Assembly: GCA_051941275.1 (NCBI GenBank)
Contig: JAVEBF010000009.1
Location: forward strand, 1 to 60,024
Length of the DNA: 60,024 nucleotides
Source of the DNA: Dirinaria sp. TL-2023a
Lineage: Eukaryota
Direction: 5' to 3'
In this document: one piece after another, positions 13,859-27,464 of the stretch
Position numbering within the stretch: the stretch's first letter is position 1
How the letters are laid out: every line of letters starts with the position of its first letter
Notes under the pieces: generated by a model
What the model was told of the DNA's origin: nothing
Database searches by the model: none
What the model saw: the letters and a program-made list of their open reading frames with translations, nothing else
Program-made: the position numbers and the translations under genes

Positions 13859-14233
13859 TGGGGTCATTGGATATGGATTGTCGAGGACGTGATGATACTG
13901 AGATACCCTTTTTGTAACTTCTGCAACACCATCTTTCCCCAACCACTTGGGAATCGAAAGTCGATCTCTGAAGCCGATATCTAATTTGTAATCTATGAAA
14001 CCTGAAATGCCTGAAAGTTCTTTAGTATCAGCAAGTACCTTCACAAGGTAAGACTTCCCCAAGGCAAGGCAAATAATAATTCTGCTGCAGCCGAGGCAGC
14101 CGACGTCATTGTTTGCTGATCTTCGAACATTATCGTAATTATTGTTGAATCTGAAAGCAAAAATAATCCTGGAACAATCTTGACCAAATTACTCTTCTCT
14201 GCTGATGCTTCACAACGAGAAAGCAAATCGGCC

Positions 14234-15091
14234 ATGGATCAATTCATAGATTTCTCACCCACATCTTTGTATCGTAAGCTCATACAGCTACTGCCCTACG
14301 CCAAAGTTAGCATAATAACCCTCTAACATCAAAGCCAGTTTCTGCCCTGACCATCGCGTTCAATCCTACGTTCTGGAAGTAAGCTTTAAAACCCAGTGAA
14401 ACGGCATCCTTCTCCTCGATCTATAGAGAGTGGCTAACGTCCAATCGCTCACACAGCACTGTCGCACGTCAAGGTAAAAGCCTCCATTCCTCACCCAAAG
14501 ATTCGACGCAATTTTCCCTGATCAACTGCTCCCAGAATATCACTACCAAACCCTCACACGCCTCTTCAACGGCAATTCTCTGCGAGCATGCTACGCGCTT
14601 GCCGTGACAATCTTCTCTCTCGGCCTCTTCCGTGACTATGTGTACTTTGCTCCCACCTCTCCCCGAACCTCCACCTCCCTGACCAAATCTTCCATCCTAG
14701 CTATAAAACCGCGCTGGCCTCCCAACCCTACAACAGCACCTTCCATCAGCCGTTGCTCGCCTACATCCTGCTCGCAGCAGGCAACACGCTTGTCCTCACC
14801 TCGACCTGGGCCCTCGGGATCACCGGCACGTACCTGGGCGATTACTTCGGGATCCTGATGGACGAGCCGGTGACCGGGTTCCCGTTCAACATCACCGGCG
14901 CACCCATGTACTACGGTTCGGTGATGAGTTTCTTGGGGACGGCGCTGTATTATGGGAAGCCCGCGGGAGTGATGTTGACCGGGGAAGTGCTGGCGGTGTA
15001 TTTGGCCGCGCTGCAGTTCGAGGATCCGTTCACGGAGGAGATTTATAAGAAGAGAGATAGGGAGAGGAGGGAGGGGAAGAAAGAGAAGTAA
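14234..15091 (+). CDS. OPI3: Phosphatidyl-N-methylethanolamine N-methyltransferase, 5 exons
   Basis: IAFNPTFWN/TVARQ/EY..; LGITGTYLGDYFGILMDEPVTGFPFNITGAPMYYGS..FEDPFTEEIY. Confidence 0.95.
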
Positions 15092-15395
15092 GCTTCTAGA
15101 TCGAAGGGGGGGTTGATCGGGTGAGGGAATTTAAGGAAGGGAGACGGCTCGATGATGACCGGTTTGGAGGGCCGGTTTGGAGCGTTCGTTTCAACTCTCA
15201 TCCGTGAATGGTAGGTAGGTACCTGCACATAAGAAAATGGGGTGAATGGGGCCATTCAGAATCACTCAATCTTTTTGAAGGCACGGTTACAGCAATTGAA
15301 TACGTTGTCGACTGAAAAAAAAATTTGCTACCCTTTCTTTCTTCCTAGTCCAGCATAGTTGTCTCCCAGTGGGGCACAAGAACTGTGGCAAGATC

Positions 15396-16600
15396 CTACC
15401 TCCGGCTCTTCCTCTCAAGTCTCGGCCTTGGTCCCTGCCGCCTAGGTTGGGCAACGTAACGGTTGGGCTTCTTCGGACTCCTGGTCTTAAACCCGCCTTT
15501 CGCCTGTCATCGTATCAGCATAGTGAAGCACCAAAACAGTAGAAAGAAGATTAACGTACCAGAGTCCCCCATATACTCTGGCTGACAGTATTCCCTTTAC
15601 TCTTCCCTCGCCCCCCACCATGAGGATGCTCATTTGCATTCATAGCTACACCCCTCACCGTGGGCCGGATGCCCAACCAGCGGCTCCTGCCAGCTTTTCC
15701 CAATTGAGCCCGGCCATGAAGGTTGTTGCTCGCGACCCCGATAGTCGCACACGCATCCCTGTGGATCTTCCGCACTTCTCCGCTCCTCAGCCTCACATCG
15801 ACGTACAACGACCTCTTCCGGTTCTCCGGTTGGTCCTCGTTTTTGTTCAAGACCATGGCCCAAGTACCTGCCGAGCGGCAGATCTGACCCCCCTTTTTCG
15901 GATCGAGACCGACATTAAACACGACGGTCCCGGTCGGTATCATGTGTAAGGGAAGACAATTACCCCGCCATGCCGTTCTCGCAGCAAGCAGCCCTATATC
16001 CAGCGTGCCGCCCACGCCGTCCACCAGATCCCGCGGTATGCCTTGCCGGAACGACTCGACCACCTCGCCGGCACGCATGCCTTGCGGAGCGACAATGTAG
16101 CTGAGTTTCCCCGTCGCGTTGTTCTTCAGGAGCGCGATATGCGCCGACCTGCCCGGGTCATGTTCGATCCGCTCCACCGTCTGCTTCCCTCCCTCCATGC
16201 GACTGAAATCCACCATCCGGATCCGTCTTTTGTGCCCACCTCCCCGGTGCCGCACGGTGATTTTCCCGGTGTGGTTCCGACCACCGATATGATGGCCTTT
16301 TCTGGGGAAGGTGAGAGGATAGTAGGGTCGGCCTTTCCATAGATGATCGTTGATGGGACGTTTGAGATGGCGCAATCCAGGGGTTCGGGGCTTGTATGTA
16401 CGGAGGCCGGCACCTACGTCGGGCCTTTTAAAGCCCTCAGAGCTCTGACTAGCAATGAGTGCAATGGCTTCGAGGGGAGGTGGAGGAGGGTCGGAATGGT
16501 CAGGGTTCCCTTGAGAAGCATAGGTGCGTGATGAGAAGGAAGGATATAGGAACGGCAGGCGGTTTACATAGCAGCAGACCCGTAATCTTGGCTGAAGCAT
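15396..16600 (-). CDS. RML2: Mitochondrial ribosomal protein uL2m
   Basis: [70 protein letters not shown]; one intron before last exon AKGGFKTR..; ATG 16600 gives a basic presequence. Confidence 0.93.
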
Positions 16601-16922
16601 TGTGCACTCGCTATGCTTTGTAGTAGTAGTAGTCCCCAGACAGTTTAAGCATAGATGACCGAGGAGGCCTTGGTAGCGGACTGTTGCTGTTGTTGCGTTC
16701 GAGCTTTGAGCCTTTGCCAAGGCCGAGGATGAGATATGCAATTACTCCGTATGCATGGCACAACTCTACCTTACATAATGCATGAAATCCTGCCTTTCCT
16801 TACCTACTTTATTCTATCTTGGTGCTTGAGGTCATCCTCGTGCGAACGCATTAGCTTCGACAACATGCATGGTTCTCAATTATATTTCCTCTACCTCTGA
16901 GACATCGCCCGCGATAGACTCT

Positions 16923-17516
16923 ATGGCGTCGCGCGCTATCACTGGACTTGGCCTCCTCTTGCTTGCACATGCGTACGCTTCAGCGATTTATCGTCCATAC
17001 AATGTTCATTAACCCTTCGCTAGCTGCTACTCCGCTTACGAGCACTCGACTTTGACGTCTCAGATCAAGATTTCTCCGCCTACCTCGTCGTCTTCGATAG
17101 CTTCAACTCCTCCTACCACAAGCCTACCGTTGGACATATCACTCGAAACAATCATATCTGTTGCCCTAATTTGCGTTGGACTTGTAAGCAGTGTCGAGGA
17201 ACTGCAGCCGATCGAATGGAGGGTATGGGCGGGGAAAGTCGAGAGAGAGCGGAAAGGTGGACCGTACATGGGCCTTGAGGACAGGATGGGATTTGTCAAT
17301 ATCAGAGTACGTGGCCACACCACCACAAAGGTCCCTCATCCCCCGGGCTCCAGACATCGAAAATTCCATCTTTCAGTACCGATAATGCGTACTGTGTAAG
17401 AGCGTTCACCAACAACACCGTGTGTGGTTTGAATAGAGTGACGCTAACTGCAGCAGGCCAAAAGGAAAGAGTTTGCAGATTGGGTGCGAGATCAAGCCAA
17501 AGACGGGAAGTCCTAG
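16923..17516 (+). CDS. EMC5: ER membrane protein complex subunit 5 (MMgT family), 3 exons
   Basis: MASRAITGLGLLLLAHA / CYSAYEHS..LPLDISLETIISVALICVGLV..LEDRMGFVNIR / AKRKEFADWVR..*. Confidence 0.88.
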
Positions 17517-18186
17517 CGTTCGTTGTATCCTTTAAACCTGAGGCGCTTCACACATTGCACTAAAGTGCTACAGGTAGCACTGGGTTTGGACTACAGGCTT
17601 TACATCTCTTGCAGGTGGATCTGTGAAGATATCCAAGGAAGAGCATTAGCACCGAGCCCAAGATATGGCAATGCTCGCAGGAATGTTAGGACCTTTGATC
17701 TTAGGTCCTTCTCGCACCACCGCTCATGCTGAAGACTCATGAGACCCGAACACCTATATGAGTTGCTCTTTTCGTAGCAAGTCCCAGACGATCCGAGTAA
17801 TCGGATAGACTTATCCCACCTGCGACTGCCAAGCAATCACAAATTGGAGGGCACGTTAGTAGTTCACCGTCCACCAGACCCGAGTTCAAATTTTGCTTGG
17901 TGGCAAGTTGCCCATCCCAGACTCGGAACCTTGCAAGGGAAGAAGAGGGTTGAAATTCGTGCTGTGGACGGAGATCGTTGTCATCATTGCGAGCTCAGTG
18001 AAGACTAGATTGGGAAAACATACGTCTTCAGGACAACCGTCTTTCTTCGAACCCGACTGAAGCCCCTTTTTCCGAGGTCTCCTTCCGCCCCTTCCATAAT
18101 CCTTGATAGAGCGTCCACGTGTGCTGTGGCATACCATGCAAGCCACTGCCAGCGCAACGTCTGATTCGGCGCTCCTTTTTTTTCAC

Positions 18187-18541
18187 TCACACATGCTTCA
18201 CTCCACCAATGGCATTTCCCTTGACTTGCGCCCAATCAATCTGACTATCGAGCTGCTCATCCACCAGTCCACAAACGACGACATTCTCCCCCCGGACAAG
18301 GTAAAGCCCATGGCTTACGACCCCACTCGGCTCTTCATCGTCTGAAGATCTGATAACGCGTTCTATGGTTTCGGACAGAACCACGTTGGTGACTTGATCG
18401 CACGACAGGAGTTTACCGAGTAAGGTCCGACCGTCGGCGGTAATCATGAGAACTGTTTCTGTAAGGGGAACATGTTGGTTGGGCATAATTTCCCTTCATG
18501 GATGACGTAAACTTACTGTTTACATACGCGTGCAGCGACAT
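18187..18541 (-). CDS. LSM8: U6 snRNA-associated Sm-like protein Lsm8, 2 exons
   Basis: MSLHAYVN / VLMITADGRTLLGKLLSCDQVTNVVL..GLYLVRGENVVVCGLVDEQLDSQIDWAQVKG. Confidence 0.93.
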
Positions 18542-18822
18542 CTTACTGATTGTTTGTTGGTGGTCATGTAGGTAAAAGGTGGTTCGTTCGTTTTTCTCAC
18601 CATTTCCAGGCGGGAGCCGTGCGGCCAATCACGGCTCCGGGATCAGATTAGATATCATAGATCCGTCGGTTTCCGAGATCCGAGGTTCTTGTTATCAAGG
18701 AATCATGTTACTTAACTTCTTCAACCGCAGCAAAGTATTCCATTCACTGGATCCCAGTGGAATACTAGGTACTTGCCACTAACTTTTCGAAGCAGGCCGC
18801 CGGATACAAATACAGTATTTTC

Positions 18823-20076
18823 ATGAAGATGCAAGCTGCCAACAGATTACGAAAGGTCTTAAAAGCCGGGTCAAGTGCGTCTTTTGGGGCATGGCAGATG
18901 CTCCCCGGAACAAACCATAGCCGGACTATTGCTCGCTGCGGCTACGACTGGATGTGTGTAGATACTGAACACGGCAACATCGACGGTATAGCATTGAGAA
19001 CCCGAAGATCGTTGTATTGAAGACGTCAAACCCCGCACAAAAATGCTGACCTTCATCCAGACGGCAGTATGCACGAGGCTGTTGCTGCAATCGCTGCTTG
19101 TGGAGTCAGTCCAATCGTGAGGGTCGCAGCAAATGAAGGCTGGATGATCAAGCGTATGCATTGCATAATGTCTCATGATCGTCGCTGATCCACTCAGGTG
19201 CTCTTGACTCTGGCGGTAAGCTCTAGCCGATTTCGCAACGGCCGTGTCTCCAATGACTCTTGTATGCTCAGCCCATGGCATTATCGTACCGCTTCTGCGT
19301 ACTGCACAGGACGCCAGAGATCTTGTTCAATCTGCAAAGTTCCCTCCAATTGGCCAACGAGGGTTTGGGTCCCTTTTGTCGATGGAGAAGTTTGGCGGCA
19401 TCACGCTGGCAGAGTATTTGCAACAGGCCAATGATAGCCTGTTGACAATTGTTCAGATCGAGACCAAGGAAGCTCTGCAAAATGTACGCAGCTTGGCTTT
19501 CGAACTGTGGGTCAATTATATGCTGAATGTACACATAGCTCGACGCTATTGCACAAGTACCAGGGATCGATGTCCTTTTCGTAGGGTAGACGCTTATTTT
19601 CCATTCATGTATCCCCAATGTTGGCAATTGTGAAAGGAATTGGCTTCCCTGAGCCTTGTTCCACCGCAAGCTAATAATGCATCAGAAGAATATGCTAACT
19701 CGTAGACTATAAGGCCCTTCGATCTAGGCAACAGCATTGGGCATCCGATTCTTGATGGCACAATGCATGAAGAGCTGAAGGACGCTATCGTGAAAGTGCA
19801 GGAGGCGGCTAAACAGCACAACAAACAAACAGGCATCTATGCAACAGGGGGCGACCAAGCCAGAGAGTTTGTAGATCAAGGATTCCACATGGTAAATTAC
19901 CCTTTAAATATGCTTTTTCTCTCAGCTTTAACCGGACCCATTAGGTATCTGTAGTAACGGACATGATAGCGCTCCCAATGGCCATGAGCTCGGCACTCGC
20001 AACTGCGAAAGGCTCGTATGCGCATTCTGCTCTGAATCTGGCAAAGGGAGCTGCGTCGAAAGTGACAGGTCGGTAG
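18823..20076 (+). CDS. HpcH/HpaI aldolase family protein, multi-exon
   Basis: FGAWQMLPG..DWMCVDTEHGNID, IVRV, micro-exon ALDSG, AKFPPIGQRGFG, IVQIET, VPGIDVLFVG/PFDLGNSIG. Confidence 0.9.
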
Positions 20077-20178
20077 CGACAACTTGTGCGCTTCTTTCAA
20101 CGGAGCAATGCATTGAAACAGGCACTTCCAATTTACATGTAGATAGCGGAGTGCACAGCAGCGGCATAAATAGACCAT

Positions 20179-20566
20179 CTACGAATGGCCTTCAGCTTCT
20201 TCGATCAAACCCTTCAGCTGCTCTTCGGTGAAACGATGAAATAATTTCTTCGGTTCGGTGACAATGTCCGGCTTCGAGTATGTGTGGTGTACGCGTTGGA
20301 CATGGACCTTGTTGCGCGTCAAACACTACGATGTTGTATCATCTGACAGATTCAACTGAAAGACATACAACAGGAGTATCGAATTCATAGATATCTCTCC
20401 ACTGTTCTTGATTCGTAGCGATGACATCAACAACGCTGTAATCGAAAGAACGCTTCTGGGCTAGTTGATCGATTGTTGATTTCGCAGTATCACACAGTGA
20501 GCAATTCGGGCGAGAGAACAGGGTTATACGTGCTGTGTGCTGTAGTAGGAGGCGTGTACGGCGCAT
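20179..20566 (-). CDS. Glutaredoxin-like protein (DUF836, yeast YDR286C-like), 2 exons
   Basis: ITLFSRPNCSLCDTAK (CxxC)..WRDIYEFDTPV / VHVQRV..KKLFHRFTEEQLKGLIEEAEGHS*. Confidence 0.85.
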
Positions 20567-20998
20567 TTTCGCGATTTGGCATTACAGCCAAAAATCAGAG
20601 GGAAATCCCAAAAGGACTGCTGTCATTATGAATTAAAGAAAGATCAAATTTGGGCTCGTCGCTGGCAATGCGTGGATGACTGCCATCTTAGGGTCTATTC
20701 AGGGGTAGCTGTCTACCAGACAACCCAAGGTACTTAATGTAAACTTACCTTCTGGGGTGATATCCAGGTAAGATTATATGTAGCTAAGGTACTTGAGGAG
20801 TATATCTACATGTACCTTGTATTTACGTTTGGCATGGCCTTGATTAGGGTTTTGGTAGGAATGGGATGATGAAACTAGGCATGGGAGCCTTTACCAGACA
20901 TTTCACCGACAATAAGTAGTGATGATGGCTCAAATTATTCCAGCTAGGTTGGAATAATTGATTCCCGTCTATCTTGTATTGCAGCTGCATATGGTCAC

Positions 20999-23424
20999 TC
21001 ACTCCTCGACTGCCTCCTCAGTGTGGGCATCAAGGCCGACACTATTGAGACCATCGCCTAATTCCGGCACACCCATTGCCGTGCCCCTTTTGGTCTTTCC
21101 CTTCTTAATCCCTTTTTTTGTTTTGCTGATTGCGCCTTCCACTGTTAATGGTGCTTCTTTGACCCACCGCGCGACAGCTTCTGCCCTCTCTGTGCTAATC
21201 GGATACTCTTTCCCATCTTCCTGCGCCCAACGCTTTGGACCATTGTTCTGTCCAGTTTCCTCCTGTCTTAGCTCCTCAGCTCTTCGTTCTCGCGCCGTTA
21301 CAGCGGCCTGGAAGCTGGCTTCATCATGCACGCGCTCATCGGCTAAGGCTTCCATGATCGCCTCCTGCTTTCGACGTTCCCTGGCTTGCTCCTCACTTTC
21401 CTCCTTCTTGTTGCCTGCAGCATGCCCTAGCAGAGGAGCAGGAGCGCAGAGCGTTTCCCATGACTGCTGCAGGCCAATCCAATTATTGGCGCGGCGCACA
21501 ACTTCTATCCAGTCAGCGCGACTAGGAGAGCGCGCTGCAAGAAATATTGGATAGCCGTCGCAGACTCGGGCTAGGCGAGCAACCATGTGCGCGTGACGCA
21601 GATGCTCTTTTGGCGAGGTCTGCATGAGCGCGTGACAAAGCAAGAGGGAATGCAAAGCGTCAGTAAGTAAGGGATGATACGTAACCGCTTCGTGATGATC
21701 AGCCTGCGCTAGAAATTTTTGAGCGAAATGGTTGGCTTCATTGGGTGGGTTCGCGCCTTTACGAGAAACCAACGCCTGCGAGTCCGCCGGGTAGGGAGGC
21801 AGGTTTGATGGCGGAGAAGGAGAGAATAAGTTAGAGACGAGGTATATCTCTGGAGCCGGTAGCGCTGGATATGAAGTCATATCCATATAGGGGTATGTAC
21901 CACGTCTATGGCTGTCACCAGACTTATGAGGGACTAGAGCATCAGACAAGTGCCCGTTGCTAAGACTAGAGTTGCTAGACACTTCCAGCAGCCGATTTGC
22001 TGGAGGTGCCTTAGATCTTGTGAAACCGTTGGCTGCCGCATTCACTTTACGGAAAAACTCCTCGGTGATTTTGGCTGGTAATCCTGGAGTGTACTCAAAG
22101 CTCGAAAGGAAACTAACATAGTCGCGAAGCGCTCGTTTGGCATTGGTCTTGACCAGTTTGCGGGCCTCTAAACGGTGTTTCTGAGCATCTCTGATAACGC
22201 GGTTCTGATCTATATTATGCCAGTGATCCAAAGGCGCGACATGTTCGCTAATTGAATCATCCAAAGCAGCATCGACATGCTGGCACGCGAGGGTAAGATA
22301 GACGCCCGCGCGATGGAACAGCAGCTGCGATTCCAGGCTACTAGGCTGGCCTTCTTCCTTGACAATAGGCTCAGACTTCCAATCGCGGGCACCACTGTTC
22401 TTCCGCTCAGTACCACTCGTTGCATACGATGGCTCTAGCTCTCCCCTTCCCACTCGATGCTGTGCGATCGTATATCGACATACCGCAAGACCTTCAGTGA
22501 GATCCCGGACTGCACCATGGTAGTCGTCTTTAAATACTCGAGTCACTGCTCGTGTACGCAAGGGGGCTCCGTCCGTAGGTCGGTCGTGTATAATCTCATC
22601 CAAAGGCATTAAGCTGGTGCACTGCGCAAGCATTCTCGAAGGGATCTTCTCGTGGAAGAAATGAACATACTTGGCGTCACTATCGGTGCTGCTCCGCTGC
22701 AGGACAAACTTGGCCACTTCCTCTAGTGCAGAAGCGGATTGCATAGTAGCAACGCTTGCTGCAATTTCATCAAGGTAGTATGCGTGGGAGAGCTTCTGTG
22801 TCGCAAGTTCTCGCATCCTATGTTTCCGTTCCTTGCTCAACTTTGCGTTTCCACCTCCACCTCCGATACCGAGACCGAGAGCAGCGGCTCCTCCGCCACC
22901 CAGCATGCCACTGCCTGCATTCAACGCGTTACTGAGCGAGGACGAGGTAGTGCCATTGGCTGCTCTTACGGCGAGATCGGTAGCGTCCTCAACAAGCCTT
23001 CGAACTTTGACCAGGTCAAAGAACACTGCAGGGTCAATGGGCCGCGGGCGCAGAGATGCATGATTGCTATATGCAAGAGTCTCCAGTACCTCTGGTGGCA
23101 ATTGGAGCCACGGTCCGTGAAAAGATGATATATAACGCCAGTGTCTGCGAAAGACCAGAACTAGATTAGATTGGACTTTTCATGCTACGCAAGGTAATTA
23201 GAGTGTGCAGTAGCCATGGAAAATGCGTACTTGTTGCGGCATATGATGAGAGCAGATGTAGAAGGTTCTGCGAGTTTGGCTTTGTTTGTAAATTGTGTAG
23301 GCTTGTCGGGCATGGCTAGGGATGGCGACGCAGGTGATGGGCTGCTAGGGTTTAAAGGGGAATTGCCTGTGGTGTCGTCTCTGCCCGCGACTATACCAGC
23401 GCGAGGCCTCTTCTTTTTGGTCAT
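20999..23424 (-). CDS. Uncharacterised alpha-helical (TPR-like) fungal protein, 2 exons
   Basis: Short exon ending ..ALIICRNK spliced to HWRYISSFHGPWLQLPPEVLE and a 700-codon open exon with TPR-like segments (AVRDLTEGLA, LLFHRAGVYLTLA). Confidence 0.8.
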
Positions 23425-25598
23425 GCCTCGAATGAGCGACGAGCATCAACGAGGAATATCTTTCTCAAAATATCATCCTCTTGACGGCGAATTTGAACTG
23501 CTGGCTCGTTTGGGTTTAGCGGGGATCTCCTTCCGAGGAGCCAAGGAAACGCGGAGGACCCCCTTCGGACTTCATTGTCGAGTATGTCTTCCAGGGTCGC
23601 TATCTTCTACGATGATACCGGTTGCGATTTGTGCTGTCTGAATTTTGGCAGACCAGATCGACGACCGGGTCATTCAAGATATGGCTGGGTTGAGGACCGC
23701 AAGTAATTGAACCTTGAAAAGGTTGGCAAAGACTTGAGCTTATGATATGTGTTGCTCTGTATAGCAAACGCTTACTAATGCTATTTCTTCATAAGATAGG
23801 TACTGCAGTCACGATCAAGTCTTCATCTTCCACTCTCTTGAATGGAGTCTCATTGCAATCCTGGTCTCTGAATATGTTCGGTAGCTAGCATATAAAATCA
23901 TTGGTCCACTTTTGGTCTGATGTTACGTGGTCCTAGATTTCCTTTCGTAAGTGTCCGTATTAAATTCGATGACATTTCAACGGCAGGTAGAGTATTGCCT
24001 TATGAACACGTGACTTTGGCATGTCCAAGGGCTGGGTAAAGCGTTGGTCGTAGCAATCATGGAAAGTGTGAAGAATGCTGTACCATCTAGCGTGATGAAC
24101 GCCGTTAATGACATCTGATGGATTGATAACGCAAGGTCTGGTCATACGAATAAGCTGGACTTTTGCCAATCTCTCCAGCTAATTTCCTGACGAGACTTTT
24201 GATGGATTCTCGAAAGGGACTCCGTTGGTCAGCTGGCCACAAATCGCCAATAATAATGAGTCGGATCCCTCCTACCCTACGGAAGAGCAGCTTCATCCGC
24301 CTAGGTACCTTACCTTAGGGTACACGAGACCGTTTAAGGTAAGGGTAGTGCCGAGGCTGCCACAAAAATCATAATAAGGGTTGCCTCATTCCCGTCCAAT
24401 TAAGTGGCGTCCCGTCATCCCCGTTATCAAGACGACAAAAGTCCTAGCTTACGCCATCAGCGTTTTTAAGTAGTGATATGTAGTGGCCATGTGGAGATTA
24501 GCGTGTTCAGAACTAAGTTATGATACTACCTATCACCTAGACAATCTAATCTGCTACATGTCAGGAGCTCGACGCAATAAGTCCTAGCTAGCGCCATGTA
24601 CGCCAACGGAACACTGTACAACTGGACCTTGGCTTGCACAGGCACGCTATTTTACCGAGCTTACTCAGGTAGGAATTCTGACTCGTCCGAGTGATAAGTT
24701 TGGGTGGTCAACCGGGCGACTTTCGTTTGATGTCACTGGTGGCCCTGACCGCGTTGGCTAGGACTCCACTATATCAAGGTATACGGGCGTAAAAAGGCGA
24801 TGTACGCTCGATATCGACCTTCTAAAGTGCAACCTAATTTTAGGGCACCGCACGCATGCTAGGACTTTTCTTACCACATCACTATGAATAATATTAATAA
24901 CGGCGGCATAGGACAGAGCAACGTCATTTGGTTAGCCGTACCTTAGGTACCTAATGTCATGTACGCCAAGGCTGTTGTTTAGGTACAGGTAGTTTACCTC
25001 CGTAGGTACCCACGAGTGCCCTTTGGCGGGCGCGGGTGCGACCCAGGTAACCAGCTTCGGTGGTCCCCGGGGCGACTTTCAATTAGTCGCATCGGTTGCG
25101 TCGTCTTCCATTGCGCCTCGCTCTCCGTACGGACGTACTCCGTTGGTACTCCTACTGTAAGGTATGAAGTCCCTTAAAACCCAAGTACCTTGTTTAGACG
25201 TCAGATAAGCTGCAGCAGAAAGGTAAAAGGTGAAACAATTATCTATGTATTGTGTATCCGTTGCAACGCCAATCTGCGTAAGTTCCTGCTATTATATGTC
25301 TGAAGACTTCCTAGCCAAACTGCCTGGGAAACCTGACCTCCTTTCCATCTTGCCATCCAGAAATCCCTCGGTCAGAGAAGAGCGAGATCGTCTCTCTAAT
25401 TTGGAGTGGCTATCAATCTCACCACGCGATCTTATACTCTGAAATTTAGGTATCCTGTCGGAATGATGCAAGATAAGGCCATATTGCAAAATAACTGAAG
25501 TTGTTTGTGGATTGTCACGAGAATAAAATCCAAAATTCCAAAATTAAGTTGGAGTCCTAATATAAGAGCTTGACTTTGATTCAGCTAAGGTTCGATCA

Positions 25599-27464
25599 CT
25601 ACTCTGCTATTGCATTGTGGGCGCACAATTGTTGAAGCGGTCCCGCAGATCTCAATCGAAAAGCAGCCAACAGCTCCGGATACTCGTATTGACCGCAAAG
25701 GTACTCCAAAACGCTGTCTAAGCGTACTATGCATTTTGTAGTCCGTTTCAACGCATCTTCGAGAGTCTTGGGCCGGATTTGCGCAAGCGGCGGGCCGCTC
25801 GATGAGATGTCGGGATGCTTCGGTGGTACGGTGCCGAAGACGTAAGGATTTCTTTGCTCAACAACGTCCATTAGCCTCTCTCCCACGTAACACGCACGGA
25901 GAACATCGTGCGAGGTGTATAACACCGCCTCTTCAAAGTTCTGCGTGACATAGTACATCTGGTCAGCGTATCTGGCAGCAGAGTCAAGTATAATTGCACC
26001 AGCGTATGCTTTTGAAGAATCCAACGCGTTCGGAGCAGAAACCATGATTATATAGCCGTATAGCAGCTCGGATAAGAAAAGCGCTCTCATTATTGGTGTT
26101 ATTGATGCAGACAAATTTACTGCCCAGGAGTGCATTTCAGTTAAAGAGGCAGATAACGTTGTCCATTCATTCCCGGTACTCTGAGCGCTGGACCAGTACA
26201 GTTGCTGGTAGGTGGAGGACTGTAATTGTCGCAGGCGTAGGAGCTGCTGAGCTGGTATCACGGTATGAGTGAGTGTGCCCTCATTGAATGATATCTCCGA
26301 ATCGACGTTGGCTGAGTCGTCTGTGAACGAGAAGGCGCGGCGATGCACCATGCTTATAGCCCTGCGACTGATCAGCTCTGCTTCGTCCATTCTGATCTCG
26401 ACTTGGTCGATCGTACCTATCAAGTATGTAGGCGCTATGGTAGACACGCCGGCGCGTAGCAATATGAGGTTTGGAATCCTGTGTATCCACGGGAAGATCT
26501 TGGTGAAGACCCAGGTCTACCATGACACGCGTTGCGAGACCGATAAGATACCAGCTGTTAAAGTGGTGAGGGTCCAGCATTGCATAGATAACCAAGAGCA
26601 ATAATGATTGGATTCCGTGAATTGAGCCCGGTTGCACCACTGCCTCCATCCAGTATAAAGCCTCAGTGGCGTGACTTACAGCGTCCTGGTAGTACTGATC
26701 CCCTCGCTTCTTGGACAGTGAAGCAAGTGAGATAGCGACAACCATGCGTACGGTCCAATGGGCCACTGGGCTAGCATAATTTTGTCCTTCATGCTCAGCA
26801 AGAGATGCAAAGATGACCGTTTCTGAGAGAAAAGGGTAAAGAACCAGCACATTATCGACATAGTACTGAATAAGGGGAGTGAGCACATATCGGGGCGGCA
26901 GCGCTGATCTAGTGGGTTGTGGCAAGGGTTCGAGTACTGATGTCGATAAAGCTAATTTGGCAAAGGACATTTCTTTGGTAAAGCCATGGAAGTCTCTTGC
27001 CGTGGCATTCACGGACCTATATTTGACAGTCATCAAGCAGTGTTCCAGCCATTGGTTGCCAGCCGCACGACTTACAGAAAGCCAAAATCAGAAACCAAAT
27101 CATCCATATGCGATGATTCCTTCCCCTGATTCGTGGGTCTTTCAGTACCTGTATGCGCCCCTGCGGTCTGAGTAGGCCTTGTGTCGAGCACGTTCAACGA
27201 AGTCCTTCGCCCTCTGGCTTCTTCGAGCTGTCTTTCAAGTTTCTCCAGCCGAGTCTCTAGAGAGGAGACGTAGTTACGCTCCTTTCCCCTGGCGAATTCT
27301 TCGTTGGTGCTCGAACACTCATCGGCCTTGCCCGACCTCTCACATGCCGAACAGGCCGGCAGCTTGCCATCACACTTAATCTTTGCCGTTCGACACCTGG
27401 AGCAAGCGGAGATCGGTCGACTGACCCGTAATGGCGGTGTCTGGAACGTATTTGGATTCAACAT
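25599..27464 (-). CDS. Zn(II)2Cys6 transcription factor with fungal TF middle-homology domain (Ppr1/UaY-like)
   Basis: ACSRCRTAKIKCDGKLPACSACERSGKADEC; SWYLIGLATRVMVDLGLHQD..RRRVYHSAYILDR; two introns. Confidence 0.92.

Noticed and set aside
19586..19713. Aldolase intron with weak GTAGAC donor and two branch/acceptor sets, considered as a stwintron
   Set aside because: No two-step splicing path preserves the conserved FVGPFDL frame; a simple intron explains it.
20958..21554. Long antisense ORFs over real genes (also 13282-13704, 15620-15949 and others)
   Set aside because: Shadow frames of the coding strand.
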